From assembly GCA_964478515.1 (NCBI GenBank), contig CAYZIL010000019.1, positions 15,714 to 39,713 on the forward strand: DNA of 24,000 nucleotides, read 5' to 3'. Numbering within the stretch: position 1 is the stretch's first letter; each line of letters starts with the position of its first letter. The stretch comes from an uncultured Faecalibacterium sp. Lineage in GTDB: Bacteria; Bacillota; Clostridia; Oscillospirales; Ruminococcaceae. Position numbers and translations under genes: made by a program. Under the pieces are notes generated by a model. It worked only from the letters and a program-made list of their open reading frames with translations. It had not been told where the DNA came from and searched no databases. Below, in pieces: positions 8,454 to 16,645 of the stretch.

Positions 8454-8505
8454 TGTGTTAACAGGAAAGCAAAAGCAAGCAATAACAAGCAAAGGACAAC
8501 AACGC

Positions 8506-9267
8506 ATGTTCCAAATAGAGCGACTGGACGAACTGTACAGGTATATAAGTAAAAACCAGAGCGCCAGCGTGGAAGAGCTCAGCCGCCTGTTTGGCGTTTC
8601 CAAGGTCACCATTCGCTCAGACATTAACGAGCTTGCCAATAAGGGTCTGGTAATTAAGACATACGGCGGCGCCGTTTCGGCCAGCCACAGCTTTTCCACC
8701 GAGATACCTTACGACTCAAAGTATTCTATAAATTCCACTCAAAAGCGGCGCGTCGCCAAGGCGGCGGCCGAAATGATAGAGGATAACGACGTCGTCATAC
8801 TTGACGCCGGCACCACAACTTTTGAGGTTGTCTCGCACATTACCTGCCGCAACGTCACAATTGTCACTAACGACATACGCATTGCCGCCGAGGTCGCGCA
8901 CCACGGCGGGCTAAAGCTGATTGTGGCCGGCGGCGAGCTTGAAGAGTCGGTCTACACTCTGGTTGGCATGAACACCGAGCGGTTTTTGAGCGAGATACGC
9001 GCCAACAAAGCAATTATGGGCTGCGACGCCTACGACTTGAATTTCGGCATTTCCAACCGCACGCTGTTGGAAGTGTACGCAAAACAGGCAATGATGCGCG
9101 CCGCGGACAAGAAGATAATTATCACAGACAGCTCAAAGCTGGGCAAATGTGTATTCGCCAGAATGTGCGGCCCCTTCGACATGGACGTCTTCATCACTGA
9201 CGCAATGGAACAATCCATGCGCGCTCAAATGGAAGAAGCCGGTGTCGAGGTGCTCATTCCGGAATGA
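8506..9267 (+). CDS. DeoR family transcriptional regulator
   Basis: N-terminal HTH (RLDELYRYISKNQSASVEELSRLFGVSKVTIRSDINELANKGLVIKTYGGAV) plus a DeoR C-terminal sugar-phosphate sensor domain (ILDAGTTT...TNDI...GG). ATG 8506 gives 253 aa. GTG 8455 would lie upstream of the predicted transcription start. Confidence 0.85.
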   Translation: MFQIERLDELYRYISKNQSASVEELSRLFGVSKVTIRSDINELANKGLVIKTYGGAVSASHSFSTEIPYDSKYSINSTQKRRVAKAAAEMIEDNDVVILDAGTTTFEVVSHITCRNVTIVTNDIRIAAEVAHHGGLKLIVAGGELEESVYTLVGMNTERFLSEIRANKAIMGCDAYDLNFGISNRTLLEVYAKQAMMRAADKKIIITDSSKLGKCVFARMCGPFDMDVFITDAMEQSMRAQMEEAGVEVLIPE

Positions 9268-9327
9268 ATATAGCGACCGCGGGATAAACGGCCGCGACGA
9301 TCCTAACTACCAGAAAGGAGGATGGTC

Positions 9328-9636
9328 ATGGGTGACAAGGTTGTAAGCATTCTCGTTGCTTGCGGTTCCGGCGTTGCCACAAGTATGCATGTCGGCTCGG
9401 TCATTAAAGATTATATGAAAGAGCAGCACCTGCGTGTGGAGATAGACGGCACAAGCATCAACAACCTACCGTTCCGTCTCATTGGAAAAGATCTTATAGT
9501 ATCTTCGGCCCAAGTTCCGTTTGAGACGGGATTGCCGGTATTCAACGGTATTCCTATACTGACAGGTATAGGGCAGCAAGAGCTCCTTGAAAAGATTGCA
9601 GACAAAGTCAGGGAGCTGTCGGAAGCGAAGGAATAA
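9328..9636 (+). CDS. sgcB: PTS EIIB component, galactitol/ascorbate-type (SgcB/GatB-like)
   Basis: ILVACGSGVATS phospho-cysteine loop, DLIVSS and PVFNGIPILTGI, which match my memory of E. coli SgcB. GGAGG at 9317-9321 sits 6 nt before ATG 9328. Confidence 0.8.
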   Translation: MGDKVVSILVACGSGVATSMHVGSVIKDYMKEQHLRVEIDGTSINNLPFRLIGKDLIVSSAQVPFETGLPVFNGIPILTGIGQQELLEKIADKVRELSEAKE

Positions 9637-9686
9637 CTCTGTTTCTTTGCAAACTCTTTCTTCCCACAATTTTGAGGAGGTAACCA

Positions 9687-10952
9687 ATGCAAGTAATTAC
9701 TGCAGTAAGTGATTTTCTAAGAAGCCTTGGCGCATCCGTTCTCATCCCGATCATCATTATGATCATCGCACTCGTTCTGGGCGCCAAATTCCAAAAAGCC
9801 CTTGTCGCCGGCTTGACTTTCTCCGCCGGATACATCGGCCTGAACCTGGTCATCGGCTTGATGCTCACGACAATAACCCCGATGTGCAACATCATCATGG
9901 ATTATTTCGGAGCCAACAAGACCATTCTCGACGTGGGCTGGCAGGTAGGCGCGTCAATCGCCTACAGCACCACTTGCGGCGCGCTGATAATCATCGTCTC
10001 GCTGGCGGTTAACATTATCATGCTGCTGCTCAAGGCCACCAAGACCATCAACGTCGACATCTGGAACTTCTGGAACCACGCTTTCACCGCGTCGGTCGTC
10101 TACATCACCTCCGGCAGCCTGGTATTCGGCCTCATCGCCGGCGCCATCCATGCCGCGCTGTGCCTGATTATTGCCGACCTGACCGCCAAGAGAGTACAGG
10201 AATTCTACGGCATCCCCGGCATCTCCATTCCTCACGGCTGGTGCGTCACCTCTGTGCCCATCATCCTCGGTGTCAACTGGCTGCTTGACCGCATCCCCGG
10301 CGTCAAAAACATCGTCTGGGACGAGAAGAAGATTCAGGAAAAATGGGGCATCTTCGGCAACCCGCTGGTGCTCGGCACTGTTCTCGGCCTTATTCTCGGA
10401 CTGCTGGCCGGCTACTACAAAGACATCCCTCTGCTGCTCCAGTCCGCGTTCACCATCGGCGCTGTCATGCTGATACTCCCGCGCTTCATCGGACTGTTCA
10501 TGGAGTCGTTGAGCGTCGTTTCCGAGGCTGCCAAGGGCTTCATGGCCAAGCACTTCCAGGGCCGTGAGTTCTACATCGGCCTTGACTCCGCGGTTCTGAT
10601 CGGCCATCCGATCACCGTCGCGGCCTCCCTGATTCTTATTCCCATCGTTATTCTGCTGTCCGTCTTCCTGCCCGGCAACCAGGTCCTTGCTTTCGGCGAC
10701 CTTGCCTCGCTTGCTTACTTCGTAGCGATGGTCCCCTGCTTGAGCAACGGCAACCTGTTCCGCTCGGTCATCTGCGGCGCGGTCATCATGACTGTCGTTC
10801 TTTACCTGTGCACCTCCTTCGGCGGTGCTCTTACCGCTATGGCCCTGCAGGCCGGTTATTCGCTGCCCGAGGGCACGTCTGACATAACCGCTCTGTCCGC
10901 CGGCAACTGGATCACCTGGGTAATGTTCCAGATTTCTAAACTATTTGCCTGA
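9687..10952 (+). CDS. sgcC: PTS EIIC component, galactitol family (GatC/SgcC-like permease)
   Basis: 421-aa polytopic protein. The motifs VDIWNFWNH, GIPGISIPHG, GREFYIGLDSAVLIGHP and PGNQVLAFGDLA track the GatC family (EIIC-GAT) along its whole length. GAGGAGG RBS at 9674-9680. Confidence 0.9.
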   Translation: MQVITAVSDFLRSLGASVLIPIIIMIIALVLGAKFQKALVAGLTFSAGYIGLNLVIGLMLTTITPMCNIIMDYFGANKTILDVGWQVGASIAYSTTCGALIIIVSLAVNIIMLLLKATKTINVDIWNFWNHAFTASVVYITSGSLVFGLIAGAIHAALCLIIADLTAKRVQEFYGIPGISIPHGWCVTSVPIILGVNWLLDRIPGVKNIVWDEKKIQEKWGIFGNPLVLGTVLGLILGLLAGYYKDIPLLLQSAFTIGAVMLILPRFIGLFMESLSVVSEAAKGFMAKHFQGREFYIGLDSAVLIGHPITVAASLILIPIVILLSVFLPGNQVLAFGDLASLAYFVAMVPCLSNGNLFRSVICGAVIMTVVLYLCTSFGGALTAMALQAGYSLPEGTSDITALSAGNWITWVMFQISKLFA

Positions 10953-11092
10953 GTGGAGTAATTTTACTCTCAGGCGCCTGATCACTTAAGATGTGCGGAT
11001 GCTTCTATAGTGTCTTACTTGGACCGGACGCTGTTTTAGCATCCGCACAATTTACAGCCTTTTTTAGGTTCGCAGAACGTTTTTTCGAACCT
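10948..11092 (+). other. Highly structured intercistronic RNA region (three hairpins)
   Basis: Hairpin 1: 10948-10974, 5+6 bp with a 3-nt bulge, spanning the EIIC stop. Hairpin 2: TGTGCGGATGC (10992-11002) pairing with GCATCCGCACA (11039-11049), with T6 at 11060-11065. Hairpin 3: AGGTTCG (11066-11072) pairing with CGAACCT (11086-11092). Confidence 0.6.
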
Positions 11093-11113
11093 GCATACAG
11101 GAGCAACAACGAA

Positions 11114-12124
11114 ATGAAAGCTGCCGTTTATTATACTAACAGCGACGTGCGTGTTGAGGACCGGCCCGACCCGCGCCCAGAAAAAGGCGGCCTGGTAGTT
11201 AAAACCGAGTGCTGCGGCGTTTGTGTGGCCGATACCATGGAATGGTACAACAAGCCCAAAGCGCCGATAGTTCTCGGCCACGAGGCTACCGGCGTCGTCA
11301 CCGAGCTGGGCGAGGACACCGTCGGCTTCAAAGTCGGCGACCGGGTTTTTGCCCACCACCACGTTCCCTGCATGACCTGCGACGAATGCCGCCGCGGCCG
11401 CTACACTCTTTGCCGCACTTTTAAAAGCACCCGCTACGACCCGGGCGGATTTTGCGAATATTTTGCTCTGAGCGCCCGCAACGTGGCTGAGGATACTCTG
11501 CTGTTGCCCGAAAACGTCGCTTTTGACGAGGGTACGCTTATTGAACCGCTCGCCTGCGTGATACACGCGGTGCGCCGCATGCACATACGTCCCGACGACA
11601 ACGTAGTTATTGTCGGCGCCGGCACCATAGGGTTAATGTTCGTGCAGGTGCTGCACGCTTACGGCGTCAGCGACATTAATGTTTTCGAGCGCATAGACTG
11701 GCGCCGCGACAAGGCCGCCGAATTCGGAGCCATCGTCTGGGACGACGCCAACAAATATATCAGCGAGCGCAAGGGCGCAAACAAAGTACTTGTCATAGCC
11801 AAGGACATTTCCGCAATGGAGCTGGGGCTTTCGGCCGCAGGTACCGGCGCAGACGTGCTTTTCTTCGCCACGCCCGCCGACGACGAATATTTAAAGTTCT
11901 ATGTCAGCAAAGCTTTTTTCAAGGAAATGCGCATCGTCCTTTCCTATTCCGCCGACCACAACGACACTCGCGAGGCGCTGCGTCTGATCGGCTCCGGACT
12001 GGTAAAAGTGCGCGATTACATCACGCACCGCTATTCCCTGTCCCAGCTTGCCGACGCCATCGCACAGACCACGGCGCGCGGCAGGTGTCTTAAATGTATT
12101 ATAGATATGAACCTTGAGTACTGA
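11114..12124 (+). CDS. Zn-dependent medium-chain dehydrogenase (polyol / polyol-phosphate dehydrogenase-like, GatD/sorbitol-DH family)
   Basis: Catalytic-Zn motifs CGVC and GHEATG, structural-Zn motif CMTCDECRRGRYTLC, Rossmann motif VVIVGAGTIGLM. AGGAG lies 11 nt before ATG 11114 (336 aa). The track start at 10991 would translate through the hairpins. Confidence 0.85.
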   Translation: MKAAVYYTNSDVRVEDRPDPRPEKGGLVVKTECCGVCVADTMEWYNKPKAPIVLGHEATGVVTELGEDTVGFKVGDRVFAHHHVPCMTCDECRRGRYTLCRTFKSTRYDPGGFCEYFALSARNVAEDTLLLPENVAFDEGTLIEPLACVIHAVRRMHIRPDDNVVIVGAGTIGLMFVQVLHAYGVSDINVFERIDWRRDKAAEFGAIVWDDANKYISERKGANKVLVIAKDISAMELGLSAAGTGADVLFFATPADDEYLKFYVSKAFFKEMRIVLSYSADHNDTREALRLIGSGLVKVRDYITHRYSLSQLADAIAQTTARGRCLKCIIDMNLEY

Positions 12125-12141
12125 GAAAGAGGGTATGCCCA

Positions 12142-12885
12142 GTGGCATTTGAAATTGACCTAAGCGGACAAGTCGCGCTAGTTACCGGCGCAGTTACCGG
12201 TATTGGCAAGGCTATTGCCAAATCGATAACGCAATCCGGCGCACAGGTAATTATTAACGACATAGTCGCGCCCGACTCCGACGCCGCGCTGAAAACTCAA
12301 GACGAGCTCGCCGCCTTCGGCCCGCGCCCGCACTACGAGCAGTGCGACATTTCCGACGAGACAAAGGTCAAGGCGATGATTGCCAACATCGTCGACACCT
12401 ACGGCCGTCTTGACATGCTCGTCAACAACGCGAGCATCGTAGCCAACTTCCAAAAAAGCTACGACGTGAACACTATGGGTACGTATTACTGCATGCAAAG
12501 CGCCATTGAAGAGTTGGTAAAGACACAAGGGCGCATCGTCAACATCACCTCAGCCTCGGTTTTTTCCGGCGGCACGGGTTACCCGGAATACAACGTCACC
12601 AAAGCCGGTATCTACGCGCTGACGCTGTTTTACGCGCGCAACTACGCCAAAAAAGGCGTGCGTGTCAACGGAATTGCTCCGGCGGTTATTATGACCGACA
12701 TGACCGTAAAACGTTTTGGCAGCGAGCAGGCCATGCTCGACCACTACAAAGACGTCATGCCTATGGGCCGCGTCGGTTACCCCGAGGACATTGCCGGTAC
12801 GGCGCTGTTCCTCATGTCCGACATGTCCCGCTGGATGACAGGCGAGGTACTGATTGTTGACGGCGGCCGCATGCATATAGGCTAA
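12142..12885 (+). CDS. Short-chain dehydrogenase/reductase (SDR, FabG/gluconate-5-DH-like)
   Basis: TGAVTGIGKAIA cofactor motif, NNAS, and the catalytic motif YNVTKAG (YxxxK). GTG start with GAGGG upstream. Confidence 0.85.
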   Translation: MAFEIDLSGQVALVTGAVTGIGKAIAKSITQSGAQVIINDIVAPDSDAALKTQDELAAFGPRPHYEQCDISDETKVKAMIANIVDTYGRLDMLVNNASIVANFQKSYDVNTMGTYYCMQSAIEELVKTQGRIVNITSASVFSGGTGYPEYNVTKAGIYALTLFYARNYAKKGVRVNGIAPAVIMTDMTVKRFGSEQAMLDHYKDVMPMGRVGYPEDIAGTALFLMSDMSRWMTGEVLIVDGGRMHIG

Positions 12886-12920
12886 AGTCTTTTTACCGCA
12901 ACAAATAAAAGGAGAAAAAT

Positions 12921-14006
12921 ATGGACACTAAACTGTTAAAAGCGCTCACAGAAGTTCCCGCCATCAGCGGCCGTGAAGACCTGCTGATAGCCGACGTTTC
13001 AAACAAACTTAAGGCCTACACCGACGACGTTCACATAGACCGGCTCGGCAACGTAACCGCGACGTTCGCGGGCAAGCCCGGCGCCCCGTCTATAGCCTAT
13101 TTTGCCCATCTTGACGAGCTGGGTTTGATAGTGCGCCGCGTCGAAGAAAACGGTTTTCTGCGCATTGAGCGCATGGGCGGCGTGCCGGAAAAAGCGCTGC
13201 TTTGCACCTTTGTCGAAGTCTTCACTATCGACGGCAGCAAGCGGTACCCCGGCGTCGTCGGCACCTGCTCGCACCATCTGACGCCTGCTGACAAGAAGTT
13301 CGCCGTTACCACTACTGCAGAGCTGTACGTCGACATCGGCGCCGGCAGCAAGGCGGAGGTTGACGCCATGGGCATCGGCACCGGCAGCGTAATTACCTAT
13401 CGCCCCAATTTCAGTGAAATAGGCAAATACATCGCCTCCAAAACTCTTGACGACCGCATGGGAATTTATGTGCTGCTCAAACTGGCCGAGCACCTCAAGG
13501 CAAACGCACACGAGGCCACCGTTCACCTCATCTGCTCAGTGCAGGAAGAGTCCAACGTGCGCGCGTGCACACCCTGCTTTACCCGCCTTGCTCCCGACGC
13601 CGCCATCTGCGTTGACATTTCGCCCGCGTGCGACACGCCCGAGCTGAAGGGCCGCTACGACATGGCGCTGGGCGCCGGTCCGGCCGTTATGTACTACAAC
13701 TTCCACGGCCGCGGCACGCTCGGCGGACTGCTCGCCAGTCCCAAGCTCTGCGCTTACCTCGAAAAAACGGCTGTCGACAACGGCATCCCCTTCCAGCGCG
13801 AGGTCGTAATCGGCGTCGTCACCGACGACGCGTTTACCCAGTTTACTGGCACGGAAGGCATCCCCATGGGACACATATCCATCCCCATGCGCTACAGCCA
13901 CTCCCCAACGGAAATGTCCTCTCCCGAAGACATTGACAATACCGTCAAACTCGTCTGCGAGAGCGCCATGCGCTTTAGCGCCAAAGTAGACCTTTCCCGC
14001 GGTTAG
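12921..14006 (+). CDS. sgcX: M42 family metallopeptidase-like protein (SgcX/FrvX/YpdE group)
   Basis: AISGRE, FAHLDELG, LDDRMG, SVQEE, AICVD and RYSHSPTE reproduce the M42 metal-ligand pattern. AAAGGAG RBS. Same family as the 'peptidase' genes found in E. coli PTS operons. Confidence 0.8.
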   Translation: MDTKLLKALTEVPAISGREDLLIADVSNKLKAYTDDVHIDRLGNVTATFAGKPGAPSIAYFAHLDELGLIVRRVEENGFLRIERMGGVPEKALLCTFVEVFTIDGSKRYPGVVGTCSHHLTPADKKFAVTTTAELYVDIGAGSKAEVDAMGIGTGSVITYRPNFSEIGKYIASKTLDDRMGIYVLLKLAEHLKANAHEATVHLICSVQEESNVRACTPCFTRLAPDAAICVDISPACDTPELKGRYDMALGAGPAVMYYNFHGRGTLGGLLASPKLCAYLEKTAVDNGIPFQREVVIGVVTDDAFTQFTGTEGIPMGHISIPMRYSHSPTEMSSPEDIDNTVKLVCESAMRFSAKVDLSRG

Positions 14007-14044
14007 AATACAAACCAAGAACGCATAAAAAGGAGACTTTAACC

Positions 14045-14857
14045 ATGAAATGGACAGAACAGACACTGGGAACCGATAAGCCCATCATCGCCATGTGCCA
14101 CCTGCGCGCGCTGCCTGGCGACCCTTACTTTGACAAAGCCGGCGGCATGAAGGGCGTAGTCGAAATGGCCCGCAAGGAAATGCTCGGCTTGCAAAACGGC
14201 GGCGTTGACGCCATCATGTTCTCCAACGAATTCAGCCTGCCCTACTTGACCAAGGTCCGCACCGAGACCGTCGCCGCCATGGCGCGCATAATCGGCGAGC
14301 TCATCCCCGAAATCCGCATTCCCTACGGCGTGAACGTGCTGTGGGATCCGGCGCGCTCGATTGACCTCGCCGTTGCCACCGACGCAAAATTTGTGCGCGA
14401 GATATTCACGGGCGTTTACGCCAGTGATTTCGGCGTGTGGGACACCGACTGCGGCGACGTTATTCGCCACCAGCGCGCAGTCGGCGGCGAAAACGTCAAG
14501 CTGCTGTTCAACATTGTGCCCGAGGCCGCGAAGTACATTCAGCGCGACAATATCTGCGAAATAGCAAAGAGCACCGTCTTCAACTGCCGCCCCGACGCGC
14601 TGTGCGTTTCCGGCCTGACGGCGGGAGTCTCCACCGACTCGCAGGTGCTCAAGTCCGTTAAGGACACCGTTCCCGACACGCTTGTTTTCGCCAACACCGG
14701 CGTGCGCCCCGAAAACGTCGAGGAGCAGCTGCGTATAGCGGACGGCGCCGTAGTCGGCACAACGTTCAAAAAAGACGGAAAGTTTGAAAACCACGTCGAG
14801 GAGGACCGCGTGCGTTCCTTCATGGACAAGGTTAAGGCCTTCAGAAAGGGTCTGTAA
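14045..14857 (+). CDS. sgcQ: BtpA/SgcQ family TIM-barrel protein
   Basis: IIAMCHLRALPGDPYFD, LQNGGVDAIMFSNEFSLPYLTKVR, GVNVLWDP, REIFTGVYASDFGVWDT, NIVPEAA and CVSGLTAG read as near-colinear with my memory of E. coli SgcQ. Confidence 0.85.
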   Translation: MKWTEQTLGTDKPIIAMCHLRALPGDPYFDKAGGMKGVVEMARKEMLGLQNGGVDAIMFSNEFSLPYLTKVRTETVAAMARIIGELIPEIRIPYGVNVLWDPARSIDLAVATDAKFVREIFTGVYASDFGVWDTDCGDVIRHQRAVGGENVKLLFNIVPEAAKYIQRDNICEIAKSTVFNCRPDALCVSGLTAGVSTDSQVLKSVKDTVPDTLVFANTGVRPENVEEQLRIADGAVVGTTFKKDGKFENHVEEDRVRSFMDKVKAFRKGL

Positions 14858-14860
14858 ACC

Positions 14861-15514
14861 ATGCCGGTCATCATTCCCTCGCTGGCGAGTGCGAACCAGT
14901 CCTGTCTGCGCGAGGAAATTACCCGCGTGGACGGCTGGCCCTACCTGCACTTTGATTTTGAGGACGGAAATTTTATTGACAACATCACCTTCGGACTGCG
15001 CACAGTGCGCGACGTGTCGCCCTTTACCGGCGACATGCACCTGGACGCCCACCTGATGATGTGCGATCCCTTCCTCTTTGTCGACGAGCTGGCCGCGCTG
15101 GGTTTTCGTGCCGTGGCAATCCACTACGAAAATCTCGCCTACCCCTCGCTCGCAATCAACCGCATTCACTCTTTGGGAATGCGCGCAGGTCTGGCGCTCA
15201 ATCCGCGCACCAACGCCGCGGATATTGCCCCGTTCGTCGGCGCGGTCGACTACGCATTAGTGATGACCAGCGAACCGGATACGCTGGGACAAAAGTTCCA
15301 GCCCGCCATGCTTGAAAAGATTCGGGCACTGCGCCAGCAGAGCGCCCCCGGGTTTCATATCATGGTCGACGGCGGTATCGGCGCCGACGAGCTGCGGCTT
15401 GTCGGCGCCGCCGGCGCCGACCTCGCCGTGATGGGTCGCGGCGTTTTCAAGAGTGACGATCCCATCCGCTTCCTCAACACCAATTCAGACAACAGGAGCG
15501 AAATATGGTCCTAA
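14861..15514 (+). CDS. sgcE: Ribulose-phosphate 3-epimerase family protein, SgcE-type
   Basis: IIPSLASAN, HFDFEDGNFIDNITFG, DAHLMM, VMTSEPDTLGQKF and MVDGGI. The Rpe metal and catalytic residues (H, D, D, H, D) are retained. Starts 3 nt after the sgcQ stop. Confidence 0.75.
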   Translation: MPVIIPSLASANQSCLREEITRVDGWPYLHFDFEDGNFIDNITFGLRTVRDVSPFTGDMHLDAHLMMCDPFLFVDELAALGFRAVAIHYENLAYPSLAINRIHSLGMRAGLALNPRTNAADIAPFVGAVDYALVMTSEPDTLGQKFQPAMLEKIRALRQQSAPGFHIMVDGGIGADELRLVGAAGADLAVMGRGVFKSDDPIRFLNTNSDNRSEIWS

Positions 15515-15984
15515 AGGATGTTTTGCGCCGCGAGCTCTGCTTTGCCCACCTTTCCGCCGCCGACAATGAAGACATTCTGCGTCAGCTGGCCCGCCAGCTT
15601 TACGCACAGGGTCTTGTCAACGAGGGCTTTGAGGACAACGTAATAACCCGCGAGCACAATTACCCCACCGGACTTCCGGTGGAATGTGAATACAAAGTCG
15701 CCATTCCGCACACCGATGTGCAGTATGTGCTGCACGACCGTGTCTGTGTGGCGACGCTCAACGAGCCGGTCACTTTTGAGTGCATGGGCGACCCCGACAC
15801 AAAGTTGAGCGTCAAGACCGTCATCATGATGGCAATAAAAGAAAAAGACCAGCAGTTGCCGGTGCTAAAGCAGCTCATCAACCTGGTCGTGCGCAACAGC
15901 GAGCTGATAAACCGCCTTGGCGACGCCGCCGACGGCGACGCTATTTACGACGCCATGCTCAGCGTGCTGCCGGAAGATGAGTAA
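15505..15984 (+). CDS. PTS EIIA component (fructose/mannitol/Ntr type, PTS_EIIA_2)
   Basis: REHNYPTGL...KVAIPHT phospho-histidine motif. AGGAG at 15494-15498. 10-nt overlap with the epimerase gene. Confidence 0.8.
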   Translation: MVLKDVLRRELCFAHLSAADNEDILRQLARQLYAQGLVNEGFEDNVITREHNYPTGLPVECEYKVAIPHTDVQYVLHDRVCVATLNEPVTFECMGDPDTKLSVKTVIMMAIKEKDQQLPVLKQLINLVVRNSELINRLGDAADGDAIYDAMLSVLPEDE

Positions 15985-16627
15985 TTTTCGCAACGTAGTT
16001 TTCGACGTCGACGGCACCTTAATAGACACGGAGGACGCCATAGTCGGCGGAATCCTTGCTTTTGCCCGCGCTCACGGCGTTAACGACTACGACTACGATT
16101 ACATCAAAAAGCACTGCTTCGGCGCCGTGCCCCAGGAAGCCTTTGCCCGCATAGGACTGGGCGAATTTTTCGCCGAGGGCAACAGTTTTGTCAACCACCG
16201 CATGTATGTTGAGCGGCGCGCGCGTCTTTACGAGGGCACCGAGCAACTGCTCGCCCAACTTCGTCGGCGCGGCGTCTCGCTCGCCGTGTGTACGGCGCGC
16301 CCCGGTTTCGAATTCGACGTCGACCCGCTTTTTCCGCGCATCGCGCACTATTTCGACGTCGTTATGTCCAACGAGTATGCCGACGAACCCAAGCCCTCGC
16401 CGGCGCCGCTGCAAAAGTATCTTGCCGAGTTTTCGTTAGACCCGTGCGAGGTACTGTATGTGGGCGACGCCGAAACGGACGAGAGCTGCGCCCACGGCGC
16501 CGGCGTCGCCTTCGCGCTTGCCGGCTGGGGAGCGGCCGACCGCTCGCTGCGCCACGAATATTTATTTGAACGGCCCGAGCAACTGCTTAGCGTCTGCGCT
16601 GATGAGCGCGCGGGCCGATTGATTTGA
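15977..16627 (+). CDS. HAD-IA family phosphatase (phosphoglycolate/sugar-phosphate phosphatase-like)
   Basis: Motif I VVFDVDGTLIDT, motif II CTARP, motif IV YVGDAETDESCAHGAG. ATG 15977 overlaps the EIIA stop (ATGAGTAA). Confidence 0.8.
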   Translation: MSNFRNVVFDVDGTLIDTEDAIVGGILAFARAHGVNDYDYDYIKKHCFGAVPQEAFARIGLGEFFAEGNSFVNHRMYVERRARLYEGTEQLLAQLRRRGVSLAVCTARPGFEFDVDPLFPRIAHYFDVVMSNEYADEPKPSPAPLQKYLAEFSLDPCEVLYVGDAETDESCAHGAGVAFALAGWGAADRSLRHEYLFERPEQLLSVCADERAGRLI

Positions 16628-16645
16628 AAGGAGACCGCACAAACG

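Noticed and set aside
8300-8505. Catabolite-responsive element (cre) upstream of the PTS operon
   Set aside because: The closest candidate, TGTGATAATTGACA (about 8366-8379), lacks the central CG of the TGWAANCGNTNWCA consensus. I found no convincing cre here or at the HPr-like promoter.
11060-11095. tRNA-like TTCGAA / GGTTCG words in the EIIC-dehydrogenase spacer
   Set aside because: No acceptor stem, D-arm or anticodon arm can be built around them. They form a simple 7-bp hairpin instead.
12921-14006. Calling the M42 protein an endoglucanase or cellulase, as some annotations do
   Set aside because: The sequence shows only the M42 metallopeptidase ligand pattern. The cellulase label is a historical annotation with no support that is visible in the sequence.
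14039-15169. 376-aa ORF on the minus strand
   Set aside because: It lies exactly antisense to the well-supported sgcQ and sgcE-like genes. Its sequence is Gly/Ala/Val/His/Arg-rich and low in complexity, with no motifs. This is a typical shadow ORF in GC-rich coding DNA.
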